DNA from: Arcobacteraceae bacterium | GTDB taxonomy: Bacteria; Campylobacterota; Campylobacteria; Campylobacterales; Arcobacteraceae | Assembly: GCA_965224485.1 (NCBI GenBank) | Contig: CBDCZH010000015.1 | Location: 192,001 to 256,000 of the forward strand | DNA length: 64,000 bases | Reading direction: 5' to 3' | Program-made: the position numbers and the translations under genes | Shown here: piece after piece, positions 18,384 to 35,783 of the stretch | Layout of the letters: the number at the start of each line of letters is the position of its first letter | Position numbering within the stretch: position 1 is the first letter of the stretch | Notes under the pieces: generated by a model | Told to the model about the DNA's origin: nothing | Database searches by the model: none | Seen by the model: only the letters and a program-made list of their open reading frames with translations

Positions 18384-19586
18384 TTATAGAAATACGCCAA
18401 AGGGAATGGCAACTAAATTATCACTATACTCAACTACCATATCACCATTGTAAAATACAATACCTAAGCATTTTTTATCATATTTATTTTGTAAGTCTAT
18501 AATATGTTTAAAATCATCTTTTTTTATACTAGAACTTTGTTTTACTTCAATAGCTAATATTTCATTTTCTATTTCTATTATAAAATCTATCTCTTTTTTA
18601 TCATTTGTTCTATAATGAAACATTTGATTACTCTTTTCTAAATATGAAAGGTGTTTTTGCAGTTCACAAAATATATATGTCTCAAAGATTTGTCCGCTAT
18701 ATGTTGAATTTAAAAGTTGTTCTTTTGAATTTATCTTCAGTAAACTACATAATACACCTGTATCATTGAAAAAAACTTTAGGTGACTTTATAAATTGTTT
18801 TCCAATATTTACAAAATATGGTTTTAAAACTGATGCTTGATAGATACGACTAATAATAGATATATAATTGTCTACTGTGATGTTTTTTATACCTATATCA
18901 TTACTCAGGCTTGATTTATTTAAAATTGTTCCACTTCTTGAAGCTAATATATTTACAAACTTAATAAAACTATCCATATCTCTTATATCTGCAAGATCTC
19001 TTGCATCTCTTTCTATATATGTGGCAATATATGATTTAAACCATAGGTCTTTTGATAAACCTTCTAACTCTAAGATTTCTGGATACCCTCCATCTATAAT
19101 ATGTTGATATACTTCTTCACTATAATCTTTCTTTTCTAATTTAAAATCTCTTTTTAAAAGCTTTTTTATAACATTTTCAAAAGGTTTATTATTTTTCTCT
19201 TTTGAGCTAAGTGGGTGAAGTCTAATTTCACAAAGTCTTCCAGCTAATGTATCTTTACTATCTTTATGATCCAACACATTACTGCTTCCTGTTAATAAAA
19301 AGTTTCCATTAACTCGGTTTGAGTCTACGTGGATTTTAATATACTCTAAAAGTGTAGGTGTTTTTTGAATTTCATCAAGACAAATAGGAAAATCAAGATT
19401 TTTTAAAAAACCTTTTGGGTTTTCTTTTGCATATAGTCTTAATTCTCCATCATCAAAAGTAATATAGTTTTGAAAGTTATCAAGAGCAAGAGTTGACTTT
19501 CCAACTTGCCTTGCCCCATTTAGTAATACTACTGGAAAAGTGTTTAATGCTATTTCTAATATAGATTCTACTGTTCTTTTTTTCAT
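18384..19586 (-). CDS. AAA+ ATPase with DUF4143-type / PD-(D/E)XK C-terminal domain
   Basis: Walker A GARQVGKST, Walker B LDEIQK, LTGSS, LAGR, GGYPE, DTG, EIDFII...AIEVK. Confidence 0.9.
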   Translation of the reverse strand: MKKRTVESILEIALNTFPVVLLNGARQVGKSTLALDNFQNYITFDDGELRLYAKENPKGFLKNLDFPICLDEIQKTPTLLEYIKIHVDSNRVNGNFLLTGSSNVLDHKDSKDTLAGRLCEIRLHPLSSKEKNNKPFENVIKKLLKRDFKLEKKDYSEEVYQHIIDGGYPEILELEGLSKDLWFKSYIATYIERDARDLADIRDMDSFIKFVNILASRSGTILNKSSLSNDIGIKNITVDNYISIISRIYQASVLKPYFVNIGKQFIKSPKVFFNDTGVLCSLLKINSKEQLLNSTYSGQIFETYIFCELQKHLSYLEKSNQMFHYRTNDKKEIDFIIEIENEILAIEVKQSSSIKKDDFKHIIDLQNKYDKKCLGIVFYNGDMVVEYSDNLVAIPFGVFL

Positions 19587-19648
19587 TTTATCTCTTTAGT
19601 GTTATAATATTTACCATTATACTGTATAAATATATAATTATCTATAGT

Positions 19649-19742
19649 AAAAATTAAATATATTAAAATTCTAATTACAATTACAATTATAATTATAATT
19701 ATAATTATAATTATAATTAGAATTTTAATATATTTAATTTTT
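19649..19742. repeat. 94-bp near-perfect palindrome enclosing eight (T/C)AATTA hexamers
   Basis: Arms AAAAATTAAATATATTAAAATTC and GAATTTTAATATATTTAATTTTT are exact reverse complements; hexamer array at 19672-19719. Confidence 0.9.
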
Positions 19743-19960
19743 TACCATCTGATTTCTTATATTGTTTATCTTTAGATTTGAAGTTTTTTACCTAGACTGT
19801 TGTAAGTGGTTTTGATATTTTTCAGGTACTCACTTTTAGTTAATTGTATTTGTACATTAAAAAAACTTAATTTAATATGATTTTGTATGATTTAGTATAA
19901 TAAGCTATGAGAACATATAGGTATATAAACCCTATTAAAAGGGATTATATGAGTAGTTAA

Positions 19961-20248
19961 CTAGTCTTTTGCTAGAACTTTTACAGGAACTATTTGAAGC
20001 TGCTGCATGTCCCAAACACCAGCTTTTACATAAGGTTCATTTTCTAACCATGAGTCAAAATCATCTTCTGTAGGAAAATCTACAAACAAAGAAGAACCAA
20101 CCATAACATCATCTTCAATTAAAGCACCAGCTGTTATAATATTACCTTTTTTCATTAGCTCTCTTGCAGCTTTTATATGCTCATCTCTAACTTCTAGTCT
20201 TTTTTCAAGTGCATTATCATTATCATATGCTATTACTAAATATTGCAT
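19961..20248 (-). CDS. YciI family protein
   Basis: RLEVRDEH, GSSLFVDF, EPYVKAGVW. Confidence 0.9.
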   Translation of the reverse strand: MQYLVIAYDNDNALEKRLEVRDEHIKAARELMKKGNIITAGALIEDDVMVGSSLFVDFPTEDDFDSWLENEPYVKAGVWDMQQLQIVPVKVLAKD

Positions 20249-20286
20249 TTAAATCCTTTTATATTTAACAAAAGTATAACATAATA

Positions 20287-20994
20287 TTAACGTATAATTA
20301 AATGCTCATCAAAATAATATCCTTGCATAAAATCGCAATCTAGGCTTTTAACAAAATCAAAATCATCTTTAGTTTCAACACCTTCAATAATTGATTTTTG
20401 GCCATTTAAGGAGATTGTATGTAAGATTCCTTTTAAATAAGGAATGTAGTTTTTATTTTTTCTAATTTCTTGTAAAAATGATTTATCTATTTTTATATAA
20501 TTGCTATTACCCATAATATAAAAAGAGAACATTGAACCTTCTTGAGCAAAATCATCTAAGGCGATTTGAATTTTGTATTTTTTCAACCAATCACAAAAGT
20601 TTTTCATAACTTGAGCACTAGATTCATCATCACTTCCATTTTCAGTTATTTCAACAACAACATCTTTTTTACTTTTTATTAAAAAAGCAGCCCAATATCT
20701 TTGCTGCTCAGAACTGACAACAATATCTGGATCAAAATTTAAAAATAATTTTTTATTTATATCATAATTACTTATTTGTTTTTGTTTATTTATTTTTTCT
20801 AAATTAAAAAAGAGGTCATTGTAATGATGTAGTTTTCTAAAAATTTCTTCAGTTGAAATAAGTTTAACATCAATATCAAACTTACTTAAAGCTTCATAGC
20901 CAAAAATTTCTTGTGATTTCGTCTCTATAATTGCTTCGTATTTAGTATAATATTTTGCATTTTGTATTAAGTATTTAAATTCTTCTATATTCAT
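20287..20994 (-). CDS. Stand-alone EAL-domain protein
   Basis: GYEAL, LFLNF, VEITE, ALDDF, IKIDKSF, EGVE, MQGYYF. Confidence 0.88.
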   Translation of the reverse strand: MNIEEFKYLIQNAKYYTKYEAIIETKSQEIFGYEALSKFDIDVKLISTEEIFRKLHHYNDLFFNLEKINKQKQISNYDINKKLFLNFDPDIVVSSEQQRYWAAFLIKSKKDVVVEITENGSDDESSAQVMKNFCDWLKKYKIQIALDDFAQEGSMFSFYIMGNSNYIKIDKSFLQEIRKNKNYIPYLKGILHTISLNGQKSIIEGVETKDDFDFVKSLDCDFMQGYYFDEHLIIR

Positions 20995-21054
20995 AAAGGT
21001 ATAGTAGCAGAAGAAATCTTAATTAATATTGATAATTGGTATTATCTATAGTAT

Positions 21055-21440
21055 TTACAAGCCAATTAGTGCCATGTATAGAGAGAAAGGATAAATTAGT
21101 AAATTAAAATAAGAAAATAAAGGACTCATATTTATATTTATAGGCATAACTTCATTTATATTTAAACCTTGGGCTAATTTTTTCATCATAGATAGTTTAA
21201 GAATAATATCAAAAACTTCATAATAATAATACTACTCATCCAGAAACCAAAATTATGGAAGGCAAAAGATACAAAAAGAGTATAAAAAAAGCTTCCATGT
21301 AATAAAAAGTATAAAAAGATATTTTTTTGATATATTAAATAATTATTTTGTATTAAACCATGTAAGGTTTGATTTTTTTGCCAAGTGGCTTCAAAAAGTT
21401 CTAAGCAAATAAAAAGAGTTAAAGTTAGAATTAAACTCAT
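21055..21440 (-). CDS. Hypothetical membrane protein with one frameshift in an A-run near 21212-21216
   Basis: After ..IIMKF the reading continues in another frame as DIILKLSMMKKLAQG...IYPFSLYMALIGL* ending at 21055. Confidence 0.65.
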
Positions 21441-21448
21441 TGCTAAGT

Positions 21449-30185
<8,737 letters not shown>

Positions 30186-30290
30186 TTAAAATTTGATTTT
30201 TGGCTTTTTACTATAAAGCACAAAAGCATCCTTAAAGGATAGGATTAAAATTTGCTCAAATTCTAATCTTAGCCTTCAAAGATGCTAAAT

Positions 30291-30314
30291 ATACAAGGCC
30301 TTATGCCTTGTATA
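30291..30314 (-). terminator. Hairpin/attenuator after rplL
   Basis: TATACAAGGC-CTTAT-GCCTTGTATA. Confidence 0.6.
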
Positions 30315-30336
30315 ACTGTTAATTACTAATTTGTAA

Positions 30337-30708
30337 TTATTTAACTTCTACAGATGCTCCAGCTTCTTCTAAAGCAGTTTTTGCAGCTTCAGCGTCTTCT
30401 TTAGAGATACCTTCTTTAACCATTGCTCCAGCTTCTTCAGCCATAGCTTTTGCTTCTTTTAATCCTAAACCAGTTAATGCTCTTAATGCTTTAATAACAT
30501 TAATTTTCTTAGCACCACAATCTTTAATAATTACATTAAATTCAGTTTGCTCTTCTTCAGCTTCACCTGCAGTAGCAGCTCCACCAGCAACAACAGTAGG
30601 TTGTGCAGATACTCCAAATTTTTCTTCAAATTCTTTAACTAGTTCAGATAATTCTAATACTGAAAGGTTAGAGATAAATTCTAATACGTCTTCTTTAGAA
30701 ATTGCCAT
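30337..30708 (-). CDS. rplL: 50S ribosomal protein L7/L12
   Basis: [30 protein letters not shown]. Confidence 0.98.
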   Translation of the reverse strand: MAISKEDVLEFISNLSVLELSELVKEFEEKFGVSAQPTVVAGGAATAGEAEEEQTEFNVIIKDCGAKKINVIKALRALTGLGLKEAKAMAEEAGAMVKEGISKEDAEAAKTALEEAGASVEVK

Positions 30709-30755
30709 TTAAGGTCCTTTTATTAATTTTAATTTTATTGTTCCAGCTAATATAA

Positions 30756-31244
30756 TTATGCTGCTTCTTCTTCTTTTTTAGCTCTAAGATTATCAAGACC
30801 AGTTGCAAGGCATCTAGCAGGTGCAGTCCAAACTGATAATAACATACCAATAAGCTCATCTTTACTTGCAAGTTTAGCAAATTGATTAACTCTAGCAAGA
30901 TCAGCGATTTCGCCTTCAATAATACCAGATTTAATTTCAAACTTGTCTTTTTGTGAAGTTGCAAATTTATCAGCAGCTTTACAAGCAGATACTTGATCCT
31001 CAGACCATAAGAAAATATTTGTTCCACTTAATTCAATATCACCTAAATCAGCATTTTTTACAGCAACTGTAACTAATGAATTTTTAGCAACTTGAACAGA
31101 AACTCCATTTTCTTTAGCATCAACTCTTAAAACTTCAAGCTCTTTGTGTGTTAAACCTTTATAGTCACATACAACAATAGCTTGAGAACCTTTAAATTCA
31201 TTTGTTAATGAATCAATGATTTCAGATTTTTGTAATTTTGTCAT
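30756..31244 (-). CDS. rplJ: 50S ribosomal protein L10
   Basis: DYKGLT, VAKNSL; position between rplA and rplL. Confidence 0.96.
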   Translation of the reverse strand: MTKLQKSEIIDSLTNEFKGSQAIVVCDYKGLTHKELEVLRVDAKENGVSVQVAKNSLVTVAVKNADLGDIELSGTNIFLWSEDQVSACKAADKFATSQKDKFEIKSGIIEGEIADLARVNQFAKLASKDELIGMLLSVWTAPARCLATGLDNLRAKKEEEAA

Positions 31245-31271
31245 TTTAATTTCCCCCTTTCAAAACAAAAA

Positions 31272-31320
31272 CATCGGCGGGTCTTACAAGATGTGGGGCA
31301 TCTTACCAGCTGTCTTAATT
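31272..31320 (-). promoter_or_regulatory. L10 leader-like autoregulatory RNA element
   Basis: Transcript reads AAGACAGCUGG-hairpin-CCCGCCGAUG upstream of rplJ, resembling the AGACAG..GG/CC..CCGAGG pattern of L10 leaders. Confidence 0.6.
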
Positions 31321-31393
31321 TTATATCAGTGCTTCGAATAACACTCAAACATAAAGACTACTGTCTTTACTATTGAATCTTAATTAGAAAATC

Positions 31394-31416
31394 AAATAAG
31401 GAGAAACTCCTTATTT
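31394..31416 (-). terminator. Hairpin after rplA
   Basis: AAATAAGGAG-AAA-CTCCTTATTT. Confidence 0.6.
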
Positions 31417-31420
31417 AAAA

Positions 31421-32125
31421 TTAAGCTTTAATATCCATTAATTCTGCAGTATCCATTTTAATAGCTGGACTCATAGTTAATGAGAAAGTAGCAGATGTAT
31501 AATATCTACCTTTTGCAGTTGAAGGTTTAGCTTTATTAATAGCACCTAAAAATGCTTCAATATTTTCTTTAATTGCTTCAGCAGAAAAAGAAATTTTTCC
31601 AACTGCTGCTTGCATATTACCTTTTTTATCAACTCTATATGTAACTTGACCACCTTTAGCATCAGAAACTGCTTTAGTTACGTCCATAGTTACAGTACCA
31701 ACTTTAGGGTTAGGCATTAAACCTTTTGGTCCTAAAATTCGTCCTACTTTTCCAACAATACCCATACAATCAGGAGTTGCAATAAGTACATCAAAGTTAA
31801 TATTACCAGCTTGAATATCAGCCGCTAATTCGTCGTTACCAACAATATCAGCACCAGCTGCTTTAGCTTCGTCCATTTTAGCACCCTTAGCAAAAACTGC
31901 AACTCTTACAGTTTTACCAGTACCATTTGGAAGTACAACAGCACCTCTAATCATTTGGTCTGCATGTCTTGGATCAACATTTAAGTTTAAAGAAACTTCA
32001 ATGCTTTCGTCAAATTTTGCTGATTTTAATTCTTTTAATGTAGCACAAGCTTCATCTAATGAATATCTTTTTTCAGCATCTACTTTTTCTAATAACGCTT
32101 TAAATCTTTTTGAAATTTTTGCCAT
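31421..32125 (-). CDS. rplA: 50S ribosomal protein L1
   Basis: [28 protein letters not shown]. Confidence 0.98.
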   Translation of the reverse strand: MAKISKRFKALLEKVDAEKRYSLDEACATLKELKSAKFDESIEVSLNLNVDPRHADQMIRGAVVLPNGTGKTVRVAVFAKGAKMDEAKAAGADIVGNDELAADIQAGNINFDVLIATPDCMGIVGKVGRILGPKGLMPNPKVGTVTMDVTKAVSDAKGGQVTYRVDKKGNMQAAVGKISFSAEAIKENIEAFLGAINKAKPSTAKGRYYTSATFSLTMSPAIKMDTAELMDIKA

Positions 32126-32226
32126 TTTATTCTCCGCAATTTTATTTTATTTTATAAGGAAATAAGATTTCCTCTTTTGCTACCGCCTTTTAAGCCTGGT
32201 GGTAAGGCATTAAAAATTAAAGTAGA

Positions 32227-32649
32227 TTATTCTACTTCAATTCCCATAGATCTAGCAGATCCAGCAACAATTTTAGCAGCTTGATCTTTATCATTTGTAT
32301 TTAAATCAACAATTTTCATATCAACAATTTCCATTACTTGATCTTTAGTTAATTTACCAATTTTATTTTTTAAAGCATTATCACTACCTTTTTTAATTCC
32401 AGATACTTTTTTAATTAAATCTGTCATTGGTGGTTGCTTTAATGTAAATGTAAAACTTTTGTCTGAATACACAGAAATTTCAACAGGGATTTTGAATCCT
32501 GCTTTATCTTTTGTTTTTTCATTGAATGCTTTACAGAATTCCATAATGTTAATACCACGTTGTCCTAGTGCAGGTCCAACAGGTGGTGATGGGTTTGCTG
32601 CTCCAGCAGGTATTTGAAGTTTTAAAATACCAGTTACTTTTTTAGCCAT
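32227..32649 (-). CDS. rplK: 50S ribosomal protein L11
   Basis: [26 protein letters not shown]. Confidence 0.98.
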   Translation of the reverse strand: MAKKVTGILKLQIPAGAANPSPPVGPALGQRGINIMEFCKAFNEKTKDKAGFKIPVEISVYSDKSFTFTLKQPPMTDLIKKVSGIKKGSDNALKNKIGKLTKDQVMEIVDMKIVDLNTNDKDQAAKIVAGSARSMGIEVE

Positions 32650-32756
32650 CTAATTTCCTTTGTTTTATATTATATTTAATGTTATTAGCCATTAGGCAAG
32701 AAAACTATAGAAGAAGCTAAGTTTTTTTGCCTAATGCCTATAAAAAAAGAGCAGTT

Positions 32757-33284
32757 TTAAACTACTCTTTCAACTTGTGAATATGAAATTTCTACTGGAG
32801 TATTTCTTCCAAAAATAGAAACATTCAATTTTAAATTTCCTGAACTCATATCAAAGTCTTCAACTATTCCATTAAAGTTAGCAAATGGTCCTTCATTGAT
32901 TCTAACCATTTCACCCTCTTCAAAAGATACTTTTGGTTTAGCAGCTGCTCTATTATTAACTTTATCTAAAATTGACTCAATATCTTTTTTAGATAATGGA
33001 GTTGGTTTTTTAGACTCGCCAATAAATCTACCAACTTTTGGCATTGATTGAATTTTATGCCATAAAGCAGTATCTAAATCAATTTCAGCAAAAGCATATG
33101 CTGGATATAAAGGTCTTTCAACTATTGATTTATTACCTTTTTTGATTTCAATTAAATCTTCTGTTGGAACTAAAACATTAGCTATTTGACCATCGTCCAT
33201 TTCTTGTGCTAATCGCTCTAATGCTCTTTTAACAGTTAATTCGCTTCCTGAGTGTGTTTGTATTGCGTACCATTGATGTGCCAT
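32757..33284 (-). CDS. nusG: Transcription factor NusG
   Basis: WYAIQTHSGSE, GPFANFNG, VSIFGRNTPVE. Confidence 0.98.
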   Translation of the reverse strand: MAHQWYAIQTHSGSELTVKRALERLAQEMDDGQIANVLVPTEDLIEIKKGNKSIVERPLYPAYAFAEIDLDTALWHKIQSMPKVGRFIGESKKPTPLSKKDIESILDKVNNRAAAKPKVSFEEGEMVRINEGPFANFNGIVEDFDMSSGNLKLNVSIFGRNTPVEISYSQVERVV

Positions 33285-33293
33285 TTTAATTCC

Positions 33294-33476
33294 TTAGTTC
33301 ATAACTGCAGATAGACTAACAGACATTAAAGCGTCAATCAGTGCTAAAAATAATGAGATAACAGTTACTACGATAAATACAGAAATATATGCAGATCTTA
33401 CTTGTTCTTTAATAGGGAAAATTACTTTAAATAATTCTTCTTTAGCATTTTTATAATATGTTTTAATTTTATTCAC
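33294..33476 (-). CDS. secE: Preprotein translocase subunit SecE
   Basis: ELFKVIFP plus single TM helix; GTG start at 33476 with GGAG RBS; lies between tRNA-Trp and nusG. Confidence 0.92.
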   Translation of the reverse strand: MNKIKTYYKNAKEELFKVIFPIKEQVRSAYISVFIVVTVISLFLALIDALMSVSLSAVMN

Positions 33477-33545
33477 GATTGGCTCCAATTTAAATTCATA
33501 AATTCTTTTAAAAGAAGTCTAAACCACTACTTTAAAAAAAATTAC

Positions 33546-33621
33546 TGGCAGGCCAGGAGGGACTCGAACCCACAACCATCGGATTTGGAATCCGGCGCTC
33601 TACCATTGGAGCTACTGACCT
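33546..33621 (-). tRNA. tRNA-Trp (CCA)
   Basis: AGGTCAGTAGCTCCAATGGTAGAGCGCCGGATTCCAAATCCG...GGTTCGAGTCCCTCCTGGCCTGCCA. Confidence 0.95.
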
Positions 33622-33697
33622 GTATTTTTTAATTAATAAATAATAGTGAATAATGAATAATATCATATTCAAAATTCACTATTAAATAACTTAAGTC

Positions 33698-33868
33698 TTA
33701 AGACTTAAGTTTTACTTCTTTATGAAGTGTATGTTTTTTTAATCTAGGACTATATTTCTTAAGAGTCATCTTTTCAGTAAACGTCTTAGGATTTTTGAAA
33801 GTTGTGTAGTTAATATCTCCACTCTCTTCACATTTTAGTCCGATTTTTATATTTGATCCATTACCCAT
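33698..33868 (-). CDS. rpmG: 50S ribosomal protein L33
   Basis: Manual translation [56 protein letters not shown] (56 aa, below ORF-track cutoff). Confidence 0.95.
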   Translation of the reverse strand: MGNGSNIKIGLKCEESGDINYTTFKNPKTFTEKMTLKKYSPRLKKHTLHKEVKLKS

Positions 33869-33876
33869 AATTATCC

Positions 33877-35085
33877 TTATTTAAGAATTTCGGCAATAAC
33901 ACCAGCACCAACAGTTCTACCACCTTCACGAATAGCAAACTTAGTACCTTTTTCAAGTGCAACAGGAGCAACTAAAGTTACAGTCATCTCAACGTTATCA
34001 CCAGGCATAACCATTTCTACACCTTCAGGTAAAGAACAAGAACCAGTAACATCAGTAGTTCTTACATAAAATTGTGGTCTATATCCAGAGAAAAATGGAG
34101 TATGTCTTCCACCCTCTTCTTTAGATAGAATATATGCTTCACATCTGAATTCAGTATGAGGAGTAATTGAACCAGGAACAACAAGAACTTGTCCTCTCTC
34201 AACGTCTTCTTTTTTAATACCTCTTAGTAGTAAACCAGCATTATCACCAGCTTCAGCAAAATCCATTTCTTTTCTGAACATTTCGATACCAGTAACAGTA
34301 GTTTTCTGAGTATCTTTTAATCCAACGATTTCAATTTCTTCACCTAATTTAATAGTACCTTGAGAAATAGCACCAGTTACAACAGTTCCACGTCCAGCAA
34401 TTGAGAATACATCTTCAACAGGCATTAAGAAAGTTTTTTCAGTTTCTCTTACTGGAGTTGGGATATAAGTATCAACAGCGTCCATTAATTCCATAATTTT
34501 TGCAGTCCAGTCACCCTCTTTACCAGCTTTAGCTTCTTCTAATGCTTGGAATGCAGATCCTGCAATAATTGGAGTATCATCACCTGGAAAGTCATACTCA
34601 GAAAGTAATTCTCTGATTTCCATTTCAACAAGTTCTAACATCTCATCTTTATCTTCATCATCTAATTGATCTTCTTTATTCATGAAAATCACGATATAAG
34701 GAACACCAACTTGCTTAGAAAGTAAGATATGCTCTCTAGTTTGTGCCATAGGTCCATCAGTTGCAGCAATTACTAAAATTGCTCCATCCATTTGTGCAGC
34801 ACCAGTAATCATATTCTTAACGTAATCCGCATGTCCTGGACAATCTACGTGTGCATAATGTCTTGCTTCTGTTTCATACTCAATATGAGAAGTAGCAATA
34901 GTAATTCCTCTTTCTCTCTCTTCTGGTGCATTATCAATTGCATCATAATCCATCATTTCTCCACCCAGTTTGTTCGTAAGAACTGCTGAGATCGCTGCTG
35001 TTAAAGTAGTTTTACCATGATCTACGTGACCAATAGTACCAATGTTAACGTGTGGTTTGTTACGTTCGAATTTTTCTTTTGCCAT
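33877..35085 (-). CDS. tuf: Elongation factor Tu
   Basis: [35 protein letters not shown] before ATG at 35085. Confidence 0.99.
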   Translation of the reverse strand: MAKEKFERNKPHVNIGTIGHVDHGKTTLTAAISAVLTNKLGGEMMDYDAIDNAPEERERGITIATSHIEYETEARHYAHVDCPGHADYVKNMITGAAQMDGAILVIAATDGPMAQTREHILLSKQVGVPYIVIFMNKEDQLDDEDKDEMLELVEMEIRELLSEYDFPGDDTPIIAGSAFQALEEAKAGKEGDWTAKIMELMDAVDTYIPTPVRETEKTFLMPVEDVFSIAGRGTVVTGAISQGTIKLGEEIEIVGLKDTQKTTVTGIEMFRKEMDFAEAGDNAGLLLRGIKKEDVERGQVLVVPGSITPHTEFRCEAYILSKEEGGRHTPFFSGYRPQFYVRTTDVTGSCSLPEGVEMVMPGDNVEMTVTLVAPVALEKGTKFAIREGGRTVGAGVIAEILK

Positions 35086-35341
35086 AAAAATTTCCTTCTT
35101 TAAAGATTTATTATTTGCCCTCTGAGTAGATAAGCCCATTAGCTTCTCTATTCAGAGGGAATATGTATTATAAATTTACAAATATATTGCTAAAATATTA
35201 GCATTAATCATTTGTGGTCGAGTATTATACTCAAAGTTTACTAAAAAAAATATTAATTGGGATATAAATTATAAAAATTATATAAGAGTTACACTATTTT
35301 GCGTAATAACTCAGCTCCCAGTATCAATAATGTTAAATAAA

Positions 35342-35418
<77 letters not shown>

Positions 35419-35428
35419 ATACATTTAA

Positions 35429-35513
35429 TGGTGGGGAGAGAAGGACTCGAACCTTCGAAGCCTGAGGCGAGGGATTTACAATCCCTTGGATTTGACCACT
35501 CTCCAACCTCCCC
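35429..35513 (-). tRNA. tRNA-Tyr (GTA)
   Basis: GGGGAGGTTGGAGAGTGG...GGGATTGTAAATCCC, long variable arm, ...CTCCCCACCA. Confidence 0.95.
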
Positions 35514-35577
35514 GGTTGAACTATTATTATTGTTCTGGTCAAGCGCTGGTCTTTTTAAAGACTACGATGACACAAAA

Positions 35578-35655
35578 TGGAGCTGGTGAAGGGACTCGAA
35601 CCCCCGACCTGCTGATTACAAATCAGCTGCTCTAGCCAAGCTGAGCTACACCAGC
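35578..35655 (-). tRNA. tRNA-Thr (TGT)
   Basis: GCTGGTGTAGCTCAG...CTGATTTGTAATCAG...CACCAGCTCCA. Confidence 0.95.
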
Positions 35656-35672
35656 ATCCAAAAATTCCAAAG

Positions 35673-35748
35673 TGGTGGCGCGGGGCGGAATCGAACCGTC
35701 GACACAAGGATTTTCAGTCCTTTGCTCTACCGACTGAGCTACCGAGCC
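35673..35748 (-). tRNA. tRNA-Phe (GAA)
   Basis: GGCTCGGTAGCTCAG...AAGGACTGAAAATCCTT...GTTCGATTCCGCCCCGCGCCACCA. Confidence 0.92.
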
Positions 35749-35783
35749 ATCTTAAATTGGAGTGAAATTATATAGTGTTTTAA

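Noticed and set aside
19649..19742. CRISPR array or MITE interpretation of the repeat
   Set aside because: No unique spacers, no cas genes, no evident target-site duplication or second copy in the window
21028..21046. Fur-like sequence TGATAAT-TGGT-ATTATC upstream of the EAL gene
   Set aside because: Half-site spacing is 4 rather than 1 and such matches are common in AT-rich DNA
35086..35139. N-terminal extensions of tuf (to 35139), moaE (to 46221), racemase (to 16007) and secE (to 33488) in the ORF track
   Set aside because: Downstream starts match family N-termini or RBS positions; the longer versions overlap neighbouring genes or structured leaders
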